A stretch of 64,000 nucleotides of DNA from Deltaproteobacteria bacterium (GCA_013151835.1 JAADHK010000044.1:11447-75446), one strand, 5' to 3'. Positions 33,705 through 43,615 are shown, numbered from the stretch's first letter. Notes: a model not told the origin generated them from the letters alone. Translations and numbers: made by a program.

Positions 33705-35482
33705 TATTGAGGAGACGTCCCATCACCCAGCCTGTCCGCGCGCTTTTTGAGTTCGGACAGATCGTTTCGGATAGACGAGATCTCGGATATTCTGGAGGTG
33801 AGGGCGGCAAGGGTCTCATCCATTTCAAGTTCGCTTTTATCCTTTATGTCAACGGCGCGGTTTAATGCCTGGCGGATGGTCTCAAGGGTTAGCTCGATCT
33901 TGTTGTTCAAGGTGGTTTTAAATTTCCGGGTGGTGTCGTCTATGCGGCGGATAAGATCATAGCGCACCCTGCCGCAATGCCGCTCGAACCGCTCGGCCAC
34001 GGTGGCTTTTAGGCGTTTTAAAATTCGGCCTTTGGCAAGAACGGCGGGCAGGGCGTGGGCCACGGAAAGCCGGATCAGCTCGATTGCGCCGGGATCGTCT
34101 TTTAAGAGAAAATAGAAATCGCTTTTTGCGGAAAGCTTTTCAATGGTGGTAAAGGGCGAAAGCTCCACGGCAAAGAGATCCGCAGTCATGTTGATGATCT
34201 TTTCGATTATCCGGTTTGTGCGTCCGGCTATATCGATATAGATGCTTTCCAGCTCCAATGCAACAGCGTCGGCCTCGGTGAGCCGGAACCGGGAAAAAAC
34301 ATCCCGTATCCCCGCAAACACGAATTCTTCAAGGTTTTTTTCAAGATCATGGGCCGATGTTCTGGAATTTATGCGCTCTGAAAAGACCGCCTCAAGGTTT
34401 TTAAGAAGGGCAGGGAGATCCTCTTTTTTCAGCCTGCCCAGGTCCGCGTCAATCTTTGCGGCAAGATTTTTGACCCGGCCTTCCAGAATAAATCCCTGCT
34501 GTTCCCGGTCTTTTCGGGTGTCAGTCGCATATTGCTCAAAAGTCGCGATTTTACTTTTAAGCTCATCCACAGAGAGCCGTGCCGCCTCCTGTTCGAGCCT
34601 GCACGACATGGTTTCATCCGAGATTTTTTTTATCAGCCCTGAAATTATCGATTTTAAAAAAAACTTCCCTTTTTCACGCACCAGAAAACGGGAGAGCTCA
34701 ACCTCAAATTCAGGCAGCCCGGATTGCTCAAACATGTCCGTGTTATCTGTCTTTTTTCCTTCAAGCGCTTTTGCAGCCGAAATCGGGTGGATGACGACAT
34801 CGCCTTTAAGGTCATTTTCCAGAAGTTTTGCGGTAAACTCCATGGCCTCGGCAAGATCGTCGGCACTTACCTGATCAATCTTGTTTAACACAAAAAAAAG
34901 CTTGTCTAAGTGTTCACCTATCTCGTTTAGGAATTTGTGCTCGGATTCGCCCATTGGCGGATCGGGGGTTACAACAAATATGCCTGCATCGGCGTTGGGA
35001 AGATATGCATAGGCTACGTCTGTGTTATGTGAAAATACAGACCCAACTCCCGGGGTGTCAACGATCCGTACGCCTTCCTTTAAATAATCGGAAGGATAAA
35101 AAACTTCCACTTCCCTGACTTTGAGGCGGTTTTCGGGATTCTCTTTCTCGGTCACGTATTTTTGAATTTCGGAAAGTTTGATGTCGATGCTTTTGCCATC
35201 CAGAAAATCGACCCTTGCGCCGGCTTTTTCGCCATATCTGAGAATTGTGACCACTGAGGTGAGTGGAACGATTGATGTGGGCAGCACTTTTTCACCCAGC
35301 AGGGCGTTTATGAACGTGGATTTGCCCCGCTTAAACTCGCCCAGAACAACCAGATTAAAAGTCTCGGACTTAATTTTTTCCGCAAACGTGTCCATTTTTT
35401 CCGGGCCGCCCGAGACTCCCGCTTTTTTTAGCCCGGCAACGATCTTTGTAAGTTCTTCCCTGATTGTTGCGTACTCGCTCAT
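33698..35482 (-). CDS. bacterial dynamin-like GTPase
   Basis: G1 GEFKRGKSTFINALLG, G3 VDTPG, G4 LNKID, and a long helical stalk. Its 3' end overlaps the convergent gene by 7 nt. Confidence 0.85.
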   Translation of the reverse strand: MSEYATIREELTKIVAGLKKAGVSGGPEKMDTFAEKIKSETFNLVVLGEFKRGKSTFINALLGEKVLPTSIVPLTSVVTILRYGEKAGARVDFLDGKSIDIKLSEIQKYVTEKENPENRLKVREVEVFYPSDYLKEGVRIVDTPGVGSVFSHNTDVAYAYLPNADAGIFVVTPDPPMGESEHKFLNEIGEHLDKLFFVLNKIDQVSADDLAEAMEFTAKLLENDLKGDVVIHPISAAKALEGKKTDNTDMFEQSGLPEFEVELSRFLVREKGKFFLKSIISGLIKKISDETMSCRLEQEAARLSVDELKSKIATFEQYATDTRKDREQQGFILEGRVKNLAAKIDADLGRLKKEDLPALLKNLEAVFSERINSRTSAHDLEKNLEEFVFAGIRDVFSRFRLTEADAVALELESIYIDIAGRTNRIIEKIINMTADLFAVELSPFTTIEKLSAKSDFYFLLKDDPGAIELIRLSVAHALPAVLAKGRILKRLKATVAERFERHCGRVRYDLIRRIDDTTRKFKTTLNNKIELTLETIRQALNRAVDIKDKSELEMDETLAALTSRISEISSIRNDLSELKKRADRLGDGTSPQYQ

Positions 35483-35785
35483 ATAAAAAATCTCCTATGT
35501 CGCTGCCTGTTACCAGTCATAGACGATTTCAAAAAGGAGTAACAGCCACTCCTTTACGATAAAATCGGGCAATCCGGCTTGCATTTTTATCGTATCTCCG
35601 GCAACCGCAAACCCTTAGGGTTCACGAAAAAATAAATTTACATTTTTCAGGAGTCGAGGTGCCGGCATGGCAAGGCGCGAGAAGCGATAATACCGGGCGT
35701 ATTTGAGCGCCGAGCAACACCGCCAGGCCGGATACATCGGCTTATTAAAATGTGTTAAAATGTGAAGTTATTTTTGAGTGAGCCC

Positions 35786-37927
35786 TTACCACCAGATCTG
35801 TATCGCCAGTACAATCAACAAGCTCATTATCACGTACGCGGCATAGGCGTTTACACTGCCGGAATGCATTTTTGCCAGCAAGTCGGCTATGTAGCGTCCG
35901 CCCCGGAACAGGGGTTTGCCCAGGAGGCGGTCTACTAAATGAACTTCCTTTCGGTCCCTTTTTATCGCACTTCTGAAATGTTCCGATACAGTCTCGCGTG
36001 GATCGGAAATCGTTATAGGTCTGAAAATCGTGGCAAATATTACCCGAACCGGATTGGAAAATCCGGTGGCCGTATAGGTGATATCCGGAATGAGCTTTCG
36101 TATCCCTCCGCTCCAGGCCGGTTTACGCACTAATGCGCGGCCCTTTGTAAATAAACGAACCACAACAAAAGCGCCTGACAAAAGTAAAATCAGCATGACC
36201 ACACTGTATGATGGTGACATGGCAAAAATGACGGGATTTCTTGCAGCGCCCCTGTGCATGATCACAAGGCCTCTTCCGGGAAGTTCGTTTGCGCCGATTT
36301 GTGCGCCGAGCGCATGAAAATCTGAAACAAAGGCTTTGGGGAATTTATTATTCCCGGTTCCCACCGTAAAAAATGGAGGCACCAGCTCGTCTGTTACACT
36401 TTGGTGTACATAGGGCTGAGTTACATGATCCATTACAGGAATTACATAGGTAGGGAGTATGCCGAGCAAAAGGCAGAGCGCGGCAAGTATCCCCATGGAA
36501 ACGGTCATGGTTTTGTCCGCTTCAACGGCATTTTCCGCTTGTTTTGATCTTGCCATCCCGAGAAAGCTCATGCCGAACGCCTTAACAAAACATGTGACCG
36601 CAAGGGCCGCTGTAAGCGCAAGCCCGGCTCCGCACAATACGAACACGATTTTTATTGCCTTGGATGACAAAACAGAACATTGAAGCAGGCTCTGGAGGGT
36701 CAGCCATTCACTCACAAAACCGTTGAAAGGCGGCATGCCCGCAATGGAGAGCGCTCCTGTCAGGAAAAAAAGGGATGTCCAGGGCATCTTTTTAATCAGC
36801 CCGCCGAGGCGGTCCATATTATGGCACCCTCCTGCCCGGCAATCAATCGCCCCTGCTCCGAGGAAAAGAAGACCCTTATAAATCGAATGGTTGGCCATAT
36901 GATAAAAGGCCGCTATAAAGGCGATCCCCGCAAGCGCGGGTTGACCGGAAGAGGCGAATATAAAACCCGCGCCAAGGCCGGCGATGGTTATTCCCATGTT
37001 TTCAATCGAGCTGTGGGCCAGCATTTTTTTCATATCCCTTTCCGGGGTGGCGTAAAGGATGCCAACCAGCGCGGACACTGTTCCCATGATCAGCATGATC
37101 AAACCCGGGCCGACAAAACTGATTGGAAGGATGTCCATGTTTATCCTTACGATCCCGTATATGCCGAGATTGAGGATCACACCGGAAAGAATGGCGGATA
37201 TATTCCTGGGTGATGCAGGGTCGGCAAAGGGAATCCAACTGCTTACGGGTATAAGACCGGCCTTGACTCCAAAACCGAAAAAGGAAAGCAGAAATACCGC
37301 CCAGCGGGCAATATGCCCCAGGGCGGACGCATCGGACCGGAGCGCGGCAAAGGCAATATCGCCGTGGCCGTTTGCAATTGTGATAAACGCAAGGAGTGCG
37401 GCAATGGTTCCAGCCTCGCTCATGGCGAGCATCAGGAAGCCGGAACGGGTTTTCTCATCATCTTCATGTTCATAGTTTACAAGCAGGTAACAGAGAATGG
37501 ACATGGCCTCCCATGCAATGAAGAACAGAAAAATATCACCTGCAATAAGAATCAGGACAACAGAGGCAAAGAGAAGGTGAAAAAACAGGTTAAACGATTT
37601 TAAGCTGTATTTCCCTATATATTGTTTCATGTATCCTGCCGAAAAGATAGAAACAGGGAAGAAGACCAGCCCGCAGATGAAAAGAAAGAGCGCTGAGATC
37701 CGGTCTATTTCTATAACCAGCTTGCCGAATGGAGCAAGATACCACAGGGGCTCAACAAATGTCCGGCCTGATAAAAGCAGGCTTCCGCTAAGCCATAACA
37801 GGATAAGAGAGGAAACAGCCCCGGTAAATGCAATGACAGCGGGGTTTTTTTTGTCGGGTAGTATCGCCCCGATAAGCGGACCTGCCATGCAGGTTATAAA
37901 AAAAAGAGGGAGGAGTTTTACCATCAT
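35786..37927 (-). CDS. NuoL/HyfB-like Mrp-antiporter-type membrane subunit of an Ehr/Hyf-like complex
   Basis: ~713 aa and polytopic, with the typical proton-pumping-subunit pattern (…WEAMSILCYLLV…, …AHSSIENMG…). The ATG at 37927 overlaps the upstream stop (ATGA); the ORF opens at 38011. Confidence 0.85.
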   Translation of the reverse strand: MMVKLLPLFFITCMAGPLIGAILPDKKNPAVIAFTGAVSSLILLWLSGSLLLSGRTFVEPLWYLAPFGKLVIEIDRISALFLFICGLVFFPVSIFSAGYMKQYIGKYSLKSFNLFFHLLFASVVLILIAGDIFLFFIAWEAMSILCYLLVNYEHEDDEKTRSGFLMLAMSEAGTIAALLAFITIANGHGDIAFAALRSDASALGHIARWAVFLLSFFGFGVKAGLIPVSSWIPFADPASPRNISAILSGVILNLGIYGIVRINMDILPISFVGPGLIMLIMGTVSALVGILYATPERDMKKMLAHSSIENMGITIAGLGAGFIFASSGQPALAGIAFIAAFYHMANHSIYKGLLFLGAGAIDCRAGGCHNMDRLGGLIKKMPWTSLFFLTGALSIAGMPPFNGFVSEWLTLQSLLQCSVLSSKAIKIVFVLCGAGLALTAALAVTCFVKAFGMSFLGMARSKQAENAVEADKTMTVSMGILAALCLLLGILPTYVIPVMDHVTQPYVHQSVTDELVPPFFTVGTGNNKFPKAFVSDFHALGAQIGANELPGRGLVIMHRGAARNPVIFAMSPSYSVVMLILLLSGAFVVVRLFTKGRALVRKPAWSGGIRKLIPDITYTATGFSNPVRVIFATIFRPITISDPRETVSEHFRSAIKRDRKEVHLVDRLLGKPLFRGGRYIADLLAKMHSGSVNAYAAYVIMSLLIVLAIQIWW

Positions 37928-38658
37928 AGTGCACCTCCGTCTTTCTGCTTTCGGAATTTTCCGGATGCCAGAAGGAGCCCGTGGATAATCGCAAGGGGCG
38001 GAGGCGGGCATCCGGGAATCTCCACATCCACGGGCATAGTTTTGCCGATGCCCCCTTGTGCGGCAAAACTCGGTCCGAAGACGCCGCCCGAAAGCGCACA
38101 GGTGCCCACGGCAATTACAACCTTTGGCGTGGGCATGGCTTCAAAGGTTTTTTCAAGTGAAAGGCGCATGTGCTCTGTCAGGGGGCCTGCGACCATCAAC
38201 ACGTCAGCCATCCTGGGAGTGGGGGTGATAAATAGGCCGAGCCGGTGGACGTTGTAATAAGGGCTTGCCATGAGTTTTATCTCGCTTAAGCAGGCCGCAC
38301 ATGCCCCGGCATCCACAATTCTGATATGGACAGAACGTGTAAATGCAGGGCCAAGAGGCTTACCTGCCGCAGTAAAGTCCGCCCATTCATAGCCATCATC
38401 CCGGGTGATGCGGTTTTGAGCTAAACGGCTGCACCTGAAGCAGTCGATGCAGCGCCTCTGCTCCAGCGATATCCCGTCTTTTGTAGAGGTCAGCGCATCC
38501 GCGGGGCATGATTCCGCAATCGATTTAAAATCTTCTGTCCCCTCAATGCCGCTTACCCCCGGCCTGCCGGGTGAAACACCTTCGGCGGTTTCATGAATCC
38601 CGGGATAACCCGTTGTCTTTATGCCGGTCTTAAGACCCTTTACCACCCATTTTGTCAT
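37924..38658 (-). CDS. NuoB/HycG-like small subunit with an N-terminal ferredoxin-like extension
   Basis: The core carries DAGACAAC...GTCALSGG...PGCPPPP (NuoB / hydrogenase small-subunit cluster ligands). The N-terminal ~95 aa carry SCPADA and CIDCFRC. GGAG RBS. Confidence 0.85.
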   Translation of the reverse strand: MTKWVVKGLKTGIKTTGYPGIHETAEGVSPGRPGVSGIEGTEDFKSIAESCPADALTSTKDGISLEQRRCIDCFRCSRLAQNRITRDDGYEWADFTAAGKPLGPAFTRSVHIRIVDAGACAACLSEIKLMASPYYNVHRLGLFITPTPRMADVLMVAGPLTEHMRLSLEKTFEAMPTPKVVIAVGTCALSGGVFGPSFAAQGGIGKTMPVDVEIPGCPPPPLAIIHGLLLASGKFRKQKDGGAL

Positions 38659-38728
38659 ATTTATTTACTCCGTGTCCGGTTTTTGATTATGCCGGAACAA
38701 ATTGTTTCCATTGACTATATTTACATCG

Positions 38729-40333
38729 CTATCGATCAGATTCGGCAATACAGAGCCCGAATGTGGCCATGATTATGGGGAAATCCTGGAATGCGAAGTT
38801 TTCAGCCGCAAGATGGAAACCATGCCAGTTTACAAACGACGGCGTCATAACCCTGTAGCGGAGGACTTCTCCGTTTTCTCCAAGACGCACCCAGTGAAAG
38901 GCGGCACCCAGAGGCGCCTCCACACGGCCCAGGGCATAGCCGGGTTTCAGGTCAATATCGACATTAACCGGTCCGGAAGACAGGGACGACGCCACCTGGG
39001 AAATCAGGTTTACGGATTGTTCCGCCTCGGCGAACAGGACCCGGAGGCGGGCATACCCGTCCCCTTCCTGCTCCCTGGGCACGTGAAACCTCAGGCCGTT
39101 GCCATAGCCTGCGTACGGCCATATTTCACGAAGATCACGTGAAAGCCCGGATGCCCTTGCGACCGGACCCACGAGCCCGTATGACACGGCATTGTCGGCT
39201 GAAACCATTCCCACCTGCTCAAGCCGGTCCAAAAAGGAGCTGGTAAACATGAGCATCTCTTTAAGCTCTTTCAGCTTATCTGTGATATCCCAGGCCGCCG
39301 TGCTTATTTTTCCGCATTCTTCATCGGTCAGATCAAACGAAAGGCCGCCTATGGTATTTGCCCCGAACAGATACCTGTGCCCGGTGAACCGGCATGTCAG
39401 CCGCAAGAGCTTTTCCTCTGAAATTTGCGCCTGGCTTGCTGCAACCGCCAGCCCGGTTGAGGCGCAAATCCCTGCAATGGCCGTGACATGATGCCGGAAT
39501 CGTTCAAGCTCTGCAAGAAGCGCCCTCAAAGCCTTTGCCCGTTCAGGCGCCTCAACTCCGCATATTTCCTCCACCGCCTGGCAAAAGGCAAGGGAGTGGG
39601 CAAACGCACAAGTCCCTGAAAACCGTTCCGCAATGAGCAAAACGTCATCAACCGTTTTCCCCTCGGATATCTTTTCTATTCCGCGATATTTGTAAAAAAA
39701 TCTTAAAATAGTCCGGATCACGTCTTCGCCCACGGTTTCCAAAAGAAAATGGGCTGACTCGGCGTAATCCGAATAGACCGGCCCGACGGGCATCATAAAA
39801 GCACCCTGTGATTCCACAAGCGCCATTGGTCGCCAGTCGGGATCGGGCTCCCTGTTGGGATAAGGCATTGCGGCGTTAAATGATTTTCGCATGGGGTTTA
39901 CGCCCTCGGGCCATTCTTCGTGAAGGACAAAATCACCCAGGCGAGGATGGCCTTCAAAAACAAGACCGAACAGATCTTCGGCTTCCCTTTCCTGCCAGTC
40001 CGCGGCATGGACATGGTGGCTGATACTTGGAACTATGGTCTGCGATAAGGGTAAATTAACCAGGACATTTACCTGCCCGGCCCCGGGCTCGCCATAAAAA
40101 ATATAGGTAAGTTGCAGGGATGAAGCGTTTTCCTCCACCACGATGGTGGCAAAGCTCAACTCCAGTTCTGAAAAGAGCCATTCGCAGACATCCTGCAAAC
40201 AGGCTGTATCCGATTCCAGGTATGCGCAAAGCCCGACAGTATCGAGATTTACCCTGACTCTTCCCTGCCAGCGGGAATCGACTTCATCTGGAATCTCAAT
40301 AAATTTTACAATATTATTTAACGGAAGTCCCAT
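38729..40333 (-). CDS. fused NuoC-NuoD / HycE-like large subunit lacking two of the four NiFe cysteine ligands
   Basis: NuoC-like FGLVFEGHPRL. NuoD/HycE-like core with ERFSGTCAFAHS in place of RxCGxCxxxH, and C-terminal FGLCIAESDR-stop in place of DPCxxCxx[HR]. Confidence 0.85.
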   Translation of the reverse strand: MGLPLNNIVKFIEIPDEVDSRWQGRVRVNLDTVGLCAYLESDTACLQDVCEWLFSELELSFATIVVEENASSLQLTYIFYGEPGAGQVNVLVNLPLSQTIVPSISHHVHAADWQEREAEDLFGLVFEGHPRLGDFVLHEEWPEGVNPMRKSFNAAMPYPNREPDPDWRPMALVESQGAFMMPVGPVYSDYAESAHFLLETVGEDVIRTILRFFYKYRGIEKISEGKTVDDVLLIAERFSGTCAFAHSLAFCQAVEEICGVEAPERAKALRALLAELERFRHHVTAIAGICASTGLAVAASQAQISEEKLLRLTCRFTGHRYLFGANTIGGLSFDLTDEECGKISTAAWDITDKLKELKEMLMFTSSFLDRLEQVGMVSADNAVSYGLVGPVARASGLSRDLREIWPYAGYGNGLRFHVPREQEGDGYARLRVLFAEAEQSVNLISQVASSLSSGPVNVDIDLKPGYALGRVEAPLGAAFHWVRLGENGEVLRYRVMTPSFVNWHGFHLAAENFAFQDFPIIMATFGLCIAESDR

Positions 40334-40335
40334 TT

Positions 40336-41793
40336 TTATCTCCCGAGAGAAAGCGCGGCAAGGCGCAAAAGGTTATGGAGATGGCCGGGGATATAAAGCC
40401 CGAACAATATGACCGGAACTATTGCAAGCAGCAGGGTCAGCCTGCATGTAAACGGCAGACTCAGGCCTTGCGGGCAGCAGCCTGACGGCCGACCGAAAAC
40501 CATTTTATTGACTCTGTACATGATCCCGCAAAAGGCGATTACGATAAAGAGCGCAAGAAGGGCGATAACCAGATAATGGCCCCCTGCCAATCCTGCGCTG
40601 ATGATGGAAAATTCACTTAAAAAAACCGCAAAAGGAGGAGCGCCGGCAATGGCCAGGCCACCGATAAGCAAACAAACCCCCGCCAGCGGGGAGGTCCGGA
40701 TCATACCCTTTACCGAAGATATATCGCGGGTGCCTGAAAGCAGCAGGACCGCGCCTGCGGCAAAAAAGCAAAATGATTTTGTAAAGGCATGGGCCATGAT
40801 TTGATAAACAACACCGAGGTGAGCCGCTTGCCCCCCGAGTCCTGCGGCAACGAGTATTATCCCCATGTGTTCAATCGTGGAAAAGGCAAAAAGCCTTTTA
40901 TAATCCGTGACCTGAAGCAGGAGAAAAGCCGCTGTCCCAACGGAGACAAGTCCGAAAATCATGAGCCACATGGAGGCATAATCGTTCGGTATAACCTTAA
41001 TGACAGGCAGAAGCCTTATGATGACATATAGGGCCGTTGTGGTTTCAACACCGGAAAGCAGGGCGCATACAGGCGACGGGGCCTGACTGTGAGCATCCGG
41101 AAGCCAGGTATGAAGAGGCACGAGCCCGGCTTTTGTCCCGAACCCGATGAGAATAAATAAAAAAGCAACGGCAAGAAATAATGGCGGAATATTTGGAGAG
41201 ACGGCGATCAGTTCCGACCAGGTAAATGCGCTGCCCCCGGCAATAGTCAACCCACGATAAAGAATTAAAATACCGATGAGTGCAAAGGCGGCTCCCATAC
41301 ATGTAAGAATCACATACTTCCATGCCGCCTCAAGCGACTCGGCTGTTTCTTCAAAACTGACCAGAAAAACTGAAAAGAGCGTTGTAAGCTCCACGGCGAT
41401 CCATACCATGGCCAATTGCGAAAGCATCGGGACCGCAAGCATGGAAAGCAAAAAAAGGTTATAGCGGGCATAATAACGCCGTACCCCGCCGGAGCCGACC
41501 TTCTTTGCCGCATCTCCAATATATCCAAAGGAAAAAATGGATGCCGTAAGACCCACAAAGGAAATCAGCAGAAGGATCAACGCGCTCAAGGGATTACACG
41601 ATAGCCATCCCTTTATCCCCGGTGTATTTTGCGCCATACCCGAATGAGGGTAAATGGCAATGTGAAGCGAAAGGATAAAGACCGAAAATGCGGCTATGAT
41701 TGTCATTGCGGCCGCAAATTTGCCCTTTTTTGTGTGAATAAGGGAAAGAACAGCGGCAACAAGGGGTATCAGCAGTATGATTAAAAGCTCCAT
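40336..41793 (-). CDS. NuoN/HyfF-like antiporter-type membrane subunit
   Basis: 485 aa and polytopic, with …LPDAHSQAPSPVCALLSG… and …FSTIEHMG… motifs typical of NuoM/N/HyfF proteins. Confidence 0.85.
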   Translation of the reverse strand: MELLIILLIPLVAAVLSLIHTKKGKFAAAMTIIAAFSVFILSLHIAIYPHSGMAQNTPGIKGWLSCNPLSALILLLISFVGLTASIFSFGYIGDAAKKVGSGGVRRYYARYNLFLLSMLAVPMLSQLAMVWIAVELTTLFSVFLVSFEETAESLEAAWKYVILTCMGAAFALIGILILYRGLTIAGGSAFTWSELIAVSPNIPPLFLAVAFLFILIGFGTKAGLVPLHTWLPDAHSQAPSPVCALLSGVETTTALYVIIRLLPVIKVIPNDYASMWLMIFGLVSVGTAAFLLLQVTDYKRLFAFSTIEHMGIILVAAGLGGQAAHLGVVYQIMAHAFTKSFCFFAAGAVLLLSGTRDISSVKGMIRTSPLAGVCLLIGGLAIAGAPPFAVFLSEFSIISAGLAGGHYLVIALLALFIVIAFCGIMYRVNKMVFGRPSGCCPQGLSLPFTCRLTLLLAIVPVILFGLYIPGHLHNLLRLAALSLGR

Positions 41794-41799
41794 AACTCT

Positions 41800-42453
41800 T
41801 TATTTCTCCTTCAGGCTTACCATCTTCCCCACCATTGTGGTTCCGACACGCTTATGTATCTTCCTGGTAAGAATCCCGATGACAAGGGCGATGATCAATA
41901 CATCAAAGGCCGCTGCCAGTTCGGAAATAAGCGGCATGTTCGGGGCTATGGATATGCCTGCGAAAAACGCCCCGTTTTCCATGGTTAAAATTCCGATAAG
42001 CTGGGGCAGGGCCTCTCTTCTGACCGTTATAGCATAGGCGCCCAGAAGCACACCGGCAAGGCCGATGGGAAGGTTGACCTTTATAAACGGCGTGGAATCT
42101 ATACCCAGGAGGGGATGTACGACAAAATAGGCAAAAATCGTCAGCCCGGCCGCTATGAGCAGGGATGAGGGGATGTTGATGACATGGGTGATCTCCCTGC
42201 GCGCATGGATTTCATGGCTGAACATATTGTAAAGCAGCCAGGGAATCAGCAGCCCCTTGGCGCCGATGGTTATGCCCGCGACAACAAACAGGTGGATGGA
42301 ACCATGCACAACGCCCAGGATACAAGCGGATATTGCAAGCAGGATTGATTGAAGAACAAAGAGCCTGATTCCCCCAAGCATCTGGCGTACGGATATGATG
42401 CCAAAAACAGTAATGATAAACAGCCCGCCCACAAGTGCGTTTAATTGCGCCAT
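41800..42453 (-). CDS. HyfE-like small membrane subunit (NuoK-related)
   Basis: 217 aa and entirely hydrophobic. Its position and size match hydrogenase-4 component E. GGAGA RBS. Confidence 0.75.
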   Translation of the reverse strand: MAQLNALVGGLFIITVFGIISVRQMLGGIRLFVLQSILLAISACILGVVHGSIHLFVVAGITIGAKGLLIPWLLYNMFSHEIHARREITHVINIPSSLLIAAGLTIFAYFVVHPLLGIDSTPFIKVNLPIGLAGVLLGAYAITVRREALPQLIGILTMENGAFFAGISIAPNMPLISELAAAFDVLIIALVIGILTRKIHKRVGTTMVGKMVSLKEK

Positions 42454-42468
42454 TTTTTCTCCTATCTC

Positions 42469-43419
42469 CTACAACTCAAGAATCTGAATAATGACCGCAA
42501 CCACAGAGGTAACAAAGGCAAAGCCCAGAAATTCAGTGATGCGAAACAATCGTAATTTAGAAAGTGATGATTCGATGAATGCCAAAATCAGTATAAAACA
42601 GAACATCTTCAATAGAATAAGCGGAATTGCGCAAAAAAGTCCCCACAGGCTGCTTCCGGTGGCAAGCCCCCATGGAGATACAAGCACGTTTAAAAATATA
42701 CAAAGCAGCACGAAAAACTTCATACATCCACCCCATTTCATCAGCGCAGCGCCCCGGCCGGAATATTCAAGCCCTTTTGATTCATCAATCATGGCCAGCT
42801 CGAAATGGCCCGAAGGGTTGTCCACCGGGATACGGCCGTTTTCCGCGATGATGAGCATCACAAAAGCAAGTATTACCAGGATATGTGCCGGAGAAAAAAA
42901 GTTTGCAAAGGGTGTGATCCATGCCTGCTGAACGATGTAGGGAATTGTAGAACCGGCAACAAATGAAACGGTAAAGAACACGATCATAAAAACCGGTTCG
43001 GCAAGGAAGCCGACCATGCGCGTTCGGCTTGCCCCCATGGGCCCATACGGATTTGCCGTATCAATAGCGGCAAGGGTCGCGAAGAATCCCCCGAGGGCAA
43101 GCACGGAACCACCGGCCAGCATGTCGCCCATGAATGCAAAAAAGAGTGGATAATCCGTGAGCACCGGAATCAAAAGGGTCACAAAGATGGGGGCGATAAA
43201 AACCACATAGGGGGTGATACGAAATATCCATGAGCTTTCATCCGATATCACTTCGTCTTTATGAAACAGTTTCCAGATATCAAAGTACGGCTGGAAAATG
43301 CTTGGCCCTTTTTTGGATTGAATCCGTTCCTTCAGACGGTCCAGTATGCCTTTAATTAACGGCGAAAAGAGCATTACAACAACAACCTGAATGACGTTAA
43401 ATAATATTTTTTCAGGCAT
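42469..43419 (-). CDS. NuoH/HycD/HyfC-like membrane subunit
   Basis: 316 aa and polytopic, with an N-terminus typical of the family (…LKERIQSKKGPSIFQPYFDIWKLF…). AAGGAGG RBS. Confidence 0.85.
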   Translation of the reverse strand: MPEKILFNVIQVVVVMLFSPLIKGILDRLKERIQSKKGPSIFQPYFDIWKLFHKDEVISDESSWIFRITPYVVFIAPIFVTLLIPVLTDYPLFFAFMGDMLAGGSVLALGGFFATLAAIDTANPYGPMGASRTRMVGFLAEPVFMIVFFTVSFVAGSTIPYIVQQAWITPFANFFSPAHILVILAFVMLIIAENGRIPVDNPSGHFELAMIDESKGLEYSGRGAALMKWGGCMKFFVLLCIFLNVLVSPWGLATGSSLWGLFCAIPLILLKMFCFILILAFIESSLSKLRLFRITEFLGFAFVTSVVAVIIQILEL

Positions 43420-43615
43420 TTATATGCCTCCTTTTCTTTGACTACACTTGACGGCAAATGGTTGCTAAATGCGTCTCATCCGGCAAATTGGCATAGATTT
43501 GACCAAAGGAAGTGGCGCGGATAATTAAAATGTCACAGTGGCGCATGACCGGGGATATACCGGGAAGGATTGCCGGTATGGGGTGTCGAAACAGCTTATG
43601 CTCCGGTAGTATCAT

